This document shows, one piece after another, positions 26,386-32,000 of a stretch of DNA of 32,000 nucleotides (within the stretch, counting starts at the first letter, position 1; each line of letters opens with the position of its first letter). Both the position numbers and the translations under genes were made by a program. The notes under the pieces were generated by a model. That model did no database searches. It worked only from the letters and a program-made list of their open reading frames with translations, and was not told the DNA's origin. The DNA lies in the NCBI RefSeq assembly GCF_000025505.1, contig NC_013849.1, positions 1,320,001 through 1,352,000 on the forward strand, written 5' to 3'. This DNA comes from Ferroglobus placidus DSM 10642 (GTDB lineage Archaea; Halobacteriota; Archaeoglobi; Archaeoglobales; Archaeoglobaceae).

Positions 26386-27598
26386 AGGAATAAACTTTCC
26401 TCATTTTCCCAGTTTTTATCAAATACTTTTCATCATCCCTCGCTATCACTCTCGCTGCGTGCTCAGCCAAAGCTTTGTAAAATTCGCAGTAATAGGACTT
26501 GTTAAACATGCTCCCGCCCTCTGAATATATCTCAGCTGGACAGGGGGAGCCGCAGAGATGCTTAGCCCAGCACTCGGTGCATTCGGGAATTCTTTCGACG
26601 ACTCTTTCGAGCATCTCTGGAAACGGATTTTCTGGATCGATCTTCTCAAGATCTTTTCTGAATTCGTTAAATCCGAGAAACTCTCCGCAAGGATAAATTC
26701 CGTCCGGAGCTAAGCAGACAAAGAGCTTTCCTCCCCCGCATGGAGAAATGTCGCACTGTAAAACTCTTGAAGTTGGTGCGATAAATCCTAATACTATGTT
26801 TGCGAAATCACCTATCACTATTCTCTTTCCCTCCTTCGTAAGCTCTATGGATCTCTCAACAGCTTTAATATACTTTTCAGCGAGCTTAATTGGATTCTCC
26901 CTTAGTTCTCTTGCCTTTTCCGTCGTCCCCCTAACGGGATTCATGAGGGCTACGCTAACGTAATCCGAGAGAAACTCAACCATTTCCGCAAGATACGGAG
27001 CGTTAATTTTCGTGATGGTAGTGATAGAGGTTCTCGGGCAATCGTAATCTGATAGAACTTTTAGGGTGTTTACGGCTTTCTCGAAATGCCCTTTTCCTCT
27101 CAAAGCGTCGTTAATTTCCTTTTTCGGAGCATCCAACGATACTCCGACGTTAAATTCTCTTTCAGCAAAGAAATTCAAGTCCTTCTCGGTTACGTCAATG
27201 CAGTTCGTTTGAATACCAAATTCTAAATCGAAGGTTTCAGCCACTTCAAAAATAATCTCCCTCGCCAAAATCGGCTCAGCCCCGTGGAAAATTACGTTTT
27301 CAACATCGCTAAATTTTTCGAGAGCTTCTTCTATCTTCCTAATGCTCAAAACGTTTTTTCTTCTCCTTCTTTCCCTCGGAATGTAGCAGTACGGGCAGTT
27401 TGCATTGCAATCATCGATTACGTTTAGATAGAGGGTTCTCACATCTACAGTAAATCTGAACTCGTTTAGCTTAGCGAGAAGTTTTTCAGCGACTTTTTCT
27501 CTGAGATCTTCAAAATCTTCCCCTTCTTCGTAGACTGCCCAGAAGAGGGAATCTGGATCTAAAACGAAGTTCTTCTCGCCGAACTTCCAGAACTTCAT
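26378..27598 (-). CDS. Radical SAM protein with SPASM/twitch-like C-terminal Cys cluster; candidate peptide-modifying enzyme
   Basis: NVIDDCNANCPYCYIPRE (CxxxCxxC), C-terminal CDISPCGGGKLFVCLAPDGIYPCGEF...CTECWAKHLCGSPCPAE...YYCEFY. SD-like GAGGTGAT 5 nt before the ATG. Confidence 0.9.
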   Translation of the reverse strand: MKFWKFGEKNFVLDPDSLFWAVYEEGEDFEDLREKVAEKLLAKLNEFRFTVDVRTLYLNVIDDCNANCPYCYIPRERRRRKNVLSIRKIEEALEKFSDVENVIFHGAEPILAREIIFEVAETFDLEFGIQTNCIDVTEKDLNFFAEREFNVGVSLDAPKKEINDALRGKGHFEKAVNTLKVLSDYDCPRTSITTITKINAPYLAEMVEFLSDYVSVALMNPVRGTTEKARELRENPIKLAEKYIKAVERSIELTKEGKRIVIGDFANIVLGFIAPTSRVLQCDISPCGGGKLFVCLAPDGIYPCGEFLGFNEFRKDLEKIDPENPFPEMLERVVERIPECTECWAKHLCGSPCPAEIYSEGGSMFNKSYYCEFYKALAEHAARVIARDDEKYLIKTGKMRKVYSFS

Positions 27599-27614
27599 GT
27601 TATCACCTCAAAAA

Positions 27615-27692
27615 TTAAAAGGGGGAGTTTTTACTGGCGATGTAATGGGTTAGTCCTCCCTCCGCTTTGCACTCGAGCTTGTAAGACTTCAT
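27615..27692 (-). CDS. Candidate small peptide (25 aa) upstream of the radical SAM gene: MKSYKLECKAEGGLTHYIASKNSPF
   Basis: Not in the supplied ORF track. ATG 27692-27690, TAA 27617-27615; TATA-like GTTAAAATA at 27725-27717, about 24 nt upstream, suggests a leaderless transcript; same strand, 16 nt before the radical SAM start. Confidence 0.55.
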   Translation of the reverse strand: MKSYKLECKAEGGLTHYIASKNSPF

Positions 27693-27748
27693 CGAGGATA
27701 GAATTGACTAACGGAGTATTTTAACGGAACGTTTTTATTACATGCGTA

Positions 27749-28936
27749 CTACATCATGGGGTGTTTTCTAACTTTGCTAAGAGTTGAGCCGTACTTTCCT
27801 AAGATCGAGTTGGCTACGATCTCAAGCTCGACTTCCCTCGTTCCTTCGTATATCTCGAGGACTCTCACATCTCTGTACATCCTCGAAATTGCTGAGGAGA
27901 CGAACCCATGCCCACCGAAAATTTGCAAAGCCTCCGTCACGGCTTTCTGAGCAATTTTAGCTGTGTAATATTTAGCCATAGCCGTCAATCCCGGATCTGA
28001 TTTGTGGTTTTTGTCGTAGTAAAGAGCGGCTTGATAAGCTAAAAGTCTTGCAGCCTCGATTTCGGTTCTCATTTTCGCGAGTTTCTCTCTCGTCATTTGA
28101 AAGTCGATAAGCTTTCTTTCGAAGAGTTCTCTATTCTTAGCGTATTCTAAAGCGAGCTCAAAAGCTCCTTGGGCTATGCCGACAGCCTGAAAAGCAACGT
28201 GAATTCTCGTCACGTTGAAGAATTCGACGGCTTGGTAAAACCCTCTCCCCCTCTCGCCAATTAAATTTTCTTTGGGAACCTTCACGTTTTTAAAGAAAAC
28301 TTCGGCTGTGTCGCTCGCTCTAATTCCGAGTTTGTCCTTCATCTTTCTCGCTTCTAAACCTTCAGTTCCCCTTTCAACGACGAAAACGCTCAGTCCGTGA
28401 TGTCTCTTCTCACCTTTATCGGTTCTCGCAAGAACGATGTAAAAGTCTGCTATGCTTCCGTTTGTAATAAATATTTTGTTTCCGTTTATAACGAAGTGTT
28501 CGTTTTCTTCTCTGGCAGTCGTTTTTATTCCAGCCAAATCACTTCCCGATTGAGGTTCTGTAAAGCATGCGCAGCTTATAGCTTCACCTTTCGCTAAAGG
28601 AGGCAAATACTTTTCTTTTTGATCCTCTCTGCCGAAGAGAAGTATCATCTCTGAGCCGAAGGTTGATGATAAAATCAAACCCAATCCGGCGTCGACTCTC
28701 CAGAACTCCTCAACAGCTAAGCAGTATTCTGTTATTCCGTACCCGGCTCCGCCGTACTCTTCGGGAAAGAACAATCCAATAAATCCGAGTTTTGCCGCTT
28801 TTTTCCAAAGCTCGAAAGGAAACTCTTCTTTTTTGTCGAACTCCTCAGCGTACTTCGGAAACTCCTTCTCGGCAAATTCCCTCGCAGCCTCCTTTATCTC
28901 TTTCTGCTCTTCCGTAAGAATTTCCTCAGCCAGCAT
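27749..28936 (-). CDS. Acyl-CoA dehydrogenase
   Basis: CFTEPQSGSDLAGIKTTA, KIFITNGSIADFY, RDVRVLEIYEGTREVE, ILQIFGGHGF-like signature (EALQIFGGHGFV). Confidence 0.95.
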   Translation of the reverse strand: MLAEEILTEEQKEIKEAAREFAEKEFPKYAEEFDKKEEFPFELWKKAAKLGFIGLFFPEEYGGAGYGITEYCLAVEEFWRVDAGLGLILSSTFGSEMILLFGREDQKEKYLPPLAKGEAISCACFTEPQSGSDLAGIKTTAREENEHFVINGNKIFITNGSIADFYIVLARTDKGEKRHHGLSVFVVERGTEGLEARKMKDKLGIRASDTAEVFFKNVKVPKENLIGERGRGFYQAVEFFNVTRIHVAFQAVGIAQGAFELALEYAKNRELFERKLIDFQMTREKLAKMRTEIEAARLLAYQAALYYDKNHKSDPGLTAMAKYYTAKIAQKAVTEALQIFGGHGFVSSAISRMYRDVRVLEIYEGTREVELEIVANSILGKYGSTLSKVRKHPMM

Positions 28937-30530
28937 TTTTCCACTCCTTTTCCCTCAAAATCCTCCTCAATATCTTTCCGACGGGAGATTTCGGAAGTTC
29001 GTCAACGAACTCAACTTTTTTAGGGACTTTAAACGGAGCGAGCTTTCTTTTACAATGCTCTATTATGTCTTCAGCGGAAACTCTCCCTTTAAACTCTTCT
29101 TTCAAAACGATGTAAGCTTTCGGAACTTCTCCTTTAATTTCGTCGGGTGAGGAAACGACGGCACATTCCAGAACTGCTGGATGCTCGTAAATAACGTTTT
29201 CAACCTCGTCTGGCCAGACTTTGTATCCGGCGACGTTGATCAAGTCTTTCACTCTGTCCACGTAATAAAATAACCCGTTTTCGTCCATGTATCCCAAATC
29301 GCCGGTGCGAAGCCATCCGTCCCTTAAAGCTTCTTCCGTCTCCTTGGGATTGTTCCAGTAACCTTTCATAATTTGCGGACCCTTTGCTACGAGCTCTCCA
29401 ACTTTTCCCGGAGGTAGATCTTTCCCCGTGTCGAGGTCGACGACCTTGACTACCGTGTCCGGCATCGGAACGCCAATTAGATGATCCCCGCTCATTCCGA
29501 GGGGCGTGCATGTTAAACAAGGGGACGCTTCCGTCAGCCCCCAAGCCTCTATGATTTCCGCTTTAGTAACCTCCTTCCACCTCCTTCTAACCTCCGGCGG
29601 AAGAGGTGCTGCGGCGCTGAAGCAAGTTCTCATTTTTGAGAAATCGGCTTTCTTTATTTCTGGATGGTTGAGTAGAGCTATGTAAACGGTAGGCACTCCG
29701 TAAAATATCGTCGGCTTGTACTTGTTCACGTTTTCAATAACCTCCTTCGGCTCGAACTTCTCCATCAAAACGATCGTTCCGGCTGAGTAAATCATCGTGT
29801 TCATGCACCAGTTCATTCCGTAGATGTGGGAAAGCGGTAGAAAGATTATCGAAACTTCTTTCCCTTCTTCGAACTCGAACCACAGCGATTCCATGACCTG
29901 AATCACGAGGAGGTTGTAGTGGGTAAGCATAGCCCCTTTCGGATTGCCCGTGGTTCCGCCGGTGTACTGCAAAACAGCCAAATCATCCTTCGGATTTATT
30001 CTCACGTTCGGATCCTCTGCTGGCTGCTCTTCAAGCAGTTCCGAAAATTTTCCGGAAGTAAAACCATTGAGAGCTTCGGACCTGCTTGTAGATATTATCT
30101 CTTCCACTTCCGTGCTTTCTTTAACGTTTTCGACAACACCTCTCATTTCATCGAGAGTTACAACAACCTTTGCTTTAGAGTCGGAAAGAATGTATTCTAC
30201 CTCTTTTTCCTTGTACAAAGCGTTACAAGCCACAACAACTCCTCCAGCTGCGAGAGCTCCGTAGTAAGCTATGACGAATTGTGGAAGGTTTGGGAGGTAT
30301 AAAGCCACTCTATCTCCCTTTTTAATTCCGAGGGAAAGCAGAAAATTTGCGAATTTGCTCGAAAGCTCAAGGAGCTTTTCGTAGGTGTAAGGATAATCCT
30401 TGTACACGACGGCGCAATTTCCTGGGAACTTTTTAGCTGAAATCTTTAAGTTCTCGAAAAGGCTTCTCTCCGGATACTCAAGGCTTTTCGGAACATGCTT
30501 CGGATAATGTTTGTACCAAGGAAACTCCAT
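28926..30530 (-). CDS. AMP-dependent synthetase/ligase (fatty acyl-CoA ligase-like)
   Basis: LQYTGGTTGNPKGAMLTH, EAWGLTEASP, GWLRTGDLGYMDENG, VKDLINVAGYKVWPDEVENV, SPVGKILRR. Confidence 0.95.
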   Translation of the reverse strand: MEFPWYKHYPKHVPKSLEYPERSLFENLKISAKKFPGNCAVVYKDYPYTYEKLLELSSKFANFLLSLGIKKGDRVALYLPNLPQFVIAYYGALAAGGVVVACNALYKEKEVEYILSDSKAKVVVTLDEMRGVVENVKESTEVEEIISTSRSEALNGFTSGKFSELLEEQPAEDPNVRINPKDDLAVLQYTGGTTGNPKGAMLTHYNLLVIQVMESLWFEFEEGKEVSIIFLPLSHIYGMNWCMNTMIYSAGTIVLMEKFEPKEVIENVNKYKPTIFYGVPTVYIALLNHPEIKKADFSKMRTCFSAAAPLPPEVRRRWKEVTKAEIIEAWGLTEASPCLTCTPLGMSGDHLIGVPMPDTVVKVVDLDTGKDLPPGKVGELVAKGPQIMKGYWNNPKETEEALRDGWLRTGDLGYMDENGLFYYVDRVKDLINVAGYKVWPDEVENVIYEHPAVLECAVVSSPDEIKGEVPKAYIVLKEEFKGRVSAEDIIEHCKRKLAPFKVPKKVEFVDELPKSPVGKILRRILREKEWKNAG

Positions 30531-30595
30531 GGGAATCACCGCTCTTATCTATAATTTTTAATGATTTAAGATTTGCGAAGGCAAAGTTTTATGAA

Positions 30596-31690
30596 ATGCC
30601 AACCAACCATCGGAAAATGAAAATCGTTCGTGGAATTTCAGAGCACGGCAAGAACGTTTCGAAAGCTGTAGATGAGATTTTAAAGAGCTTTCCGTTCGTA
30701 AAGAAATTCGCCGAAGAAGTTAGGGAAGAGAAGAGGAAAGTTTTGAACGATTTAGATTACTGGATCGATAAAGCTATGAAGAATCTTGAGGAGAAGAACG
30801 CTTACGTTTATCTTGCGAAAAAAGGTGAGGAGGCTAACAAAGTAGTGGGGGAAATCGTAGGCACGAACAAGCTCGTTGTAAAAGCTAAGTCGTCGGTGAG
30901 CGATGAGCTATCTTTGAGGGATTTTTTAGAGAAGAACGGAAATGAGGTGTGGGAGACCGATTTAGGAGAGTTGATAGTTCAACTCGCAGAAGAAAAGCCG
31001 ATGCACATCGTAGCTCCGGCTATTCACTTCTCCGAAGAAGAAGCTAAGAGAATTCTCGGAAAAATCGGGATTAGAGGAAACTCTCCGGAGGAGTTAACTT
31101 ACGCTGTCAGATCCTTTATGAGGAACAAATTTTTGGAGGCTGACATCGGAATTTCCGGCTGTAACGCTTTCTCGGTCGAAAGCTCAAGTATTTTTTTAGT
31201 GGAAAACGAGGGCAACATAAGGCTCGTCTCTTCTCTGCCTAAGAAATACATCGCTATAGTTAGCTTGGAAAAAATCTTGCCGAAAGACGAGCTCTGTCTG
31301 AAATCTATCCTCGTTCAGTCGGCTTTCGCCGGAGTTTTTCCTCCAGCTTACATAAACATCAACAAGCCCAACAAGTATCAGGAGTTCCACGTAATATTCC
31401 TCGACAACGGAAGGACGTCTGATGAGAGGTTTAGAGAAGTTCTCCTCTGCGTAAAATGCGGGAGATGCCAGCTCGAATGTCCGATCTTTCAGCTTTTTGG
31501 CGTGAACTGGGGAGGAGTTTACGGAGGACCTATGGGAAGAATTTTAAGCTACCTGATAACCAGAAGAGCTGAGAGTGACATTTTTCTCTGCACGTCATGC
31601 AAAAAATGCGATTACGTTTGTCCCATGGGTATAGAGCTTTCGAAAATGGTTAGAAGAATAAAAATGGACGTTAAGAGAAGTTGGAGCTAA
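30596..31690 (+). CDS. LUD-domain/4Fe-4S lactate-utilization-type protein (LutB-like)
   Basis: LUD-like region ([35 protein letters not shown]) and two Fe-S motifs [24 protein letters not shown]. Start may be the internal Met at 30617. Confidence 0.85.
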   Translation: MPTNHRKMKIVRGISEHGKNVSKAVDEILKSFPFVKKFAEEVREEKRKVLNDLDYWIDKAMKNLEEKNAYVYLAKKGEEANKVVGEIVGTNKLVVKAKSSVSDELSLRDFLEKNGNEVWETDLGELIVQLAEEKPMHIVAPAIHFSEEEAKRILGKIGIRGNSPEELTYAVRSFMRNKFLEADIGISGCNAFSVESSSIFLVENEGNIRLVSSLPKKYIAIVSLEKILPKDELCLKSILVQSAFAGVFPPAYININKPNKYQEFHVIFLDNGRTSDERFREVLLCVKCGRCQLECPIFQLFGVNWGGVYGGPMGRILSYLITRRAESDIFLCTSCKKCDYVCPMGIELSKMVRRIKMDVKRSWS

Positions 31691-32000
31691 TTTAAAGAGG
31701 TTGTGGCTCCTTCTTCGGCGGAAGTTACGAGCTTGGAGTACTTAGCTAATAAACCTCTGTGCCTGATCTCCTTCGGCTTCCACTTCTCTCTCCTCTCTCT
31801 TAACTCCTCTTCGCTTATTTTTACGTTGAGCTTTCTGTTTGGAATGTCTATCTCTATGGCGTCTCCATCTTCTACTAATGCAATCGTCCCTCCAGCTAAA
31901 GCTTCCGGAGTTACGTGTCCAACAGCCGGACCTCTCGTCGCTCCGCTGAACCTTCCGTCGGTTATTAAAGCAACTCTCTCCAATCCCATTCCACTAATTG
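31687..32000 (-). CDS. ilvD: Dihydroxy-acid dehydratase, C-terminal part (gene continues beyond right edge)
   Basis: [50 protein letters not shown] is the conserved IlvD/Edd C-terminal region. Confidence 0.92.
   Translation of the reverse strand, partial: ISGMGLERVALITDGRFSGATRGPAVGHVTPEALAGGTIALVEDGDAIEIDIPNRKLNVKISEEELRERREKWKPKEIRHRGLLAKYSKLVTSAEEGATTSLN

Noticed and set aside
29200-29544. 114-aa minus-strand ORF inside the acyl-CoA ligase gene
   Set aside because: Alternate frame within a highly conserved AMP-ligase coding region, with low-complexity Arg/Ser/Gly composition.
31687-31989. Treating the ORF as a complete 100-aa protein starting at 31989
   Set aside because: The sequence is only the C-terminal part of IlvD and the frame remains open towards the right edge, so it is an edge-truncated gene, not a small protein.

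Overview
This looks like an archaeal chromosomal window, probably Archaeoglobales (inferred from gene content and protein style; no search was run). The left edge (1-220) holds the distal end of a CRISPR array. It is followed by a small membrane protein, a KaiC-like ATPase and the bifunctional FBP aldolase/phosphatase. A secretion/type-IV-pilus-like locus spans 2.5-9.7 kb: GspE-type ATPase, TadC/ArlJ-like membrane protein, pilin-like protein, actin/PilM-like ATPase, coiled-coil protein and MinD/ParA ATPase. Next come a tRNA-Glu(CTC), a THUMP methyltransferase, class II HMG-CoA reductase divergent from a UbiD-family gene, a ferredoxin, a GTPase/DUF2073/Zn-ribbon cluster, a CDF transporter, a RCK_N-DHH fusion, MazG-like, AIR-synthase-like, EamA-like and SpoU-like genes, and a solo pilin. 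From 21.9 to 26.4 kb there is an accessory island: a tandem-repeat coiled coil, two VapBC-like pairs, two MNT/HEPN-like pairs (one frameshifted, one truncated) and a frameshifted protein disulfide oxidoreductase. The most notable candidates are (1) an unannotated 25-aa, apparently leaderless ORF directly upstream of a radical SAM/SPASM enzyme, a possible RiPP precursor/maturase pair, and (2) the pilus locus combining PilM-like and TadZ-like cytoskeletal ATPases. The right edge contains acyl-CoA dehydrogenase, acyl-CoA ligase, a LutB-like protein and the 3' end of ilvD.
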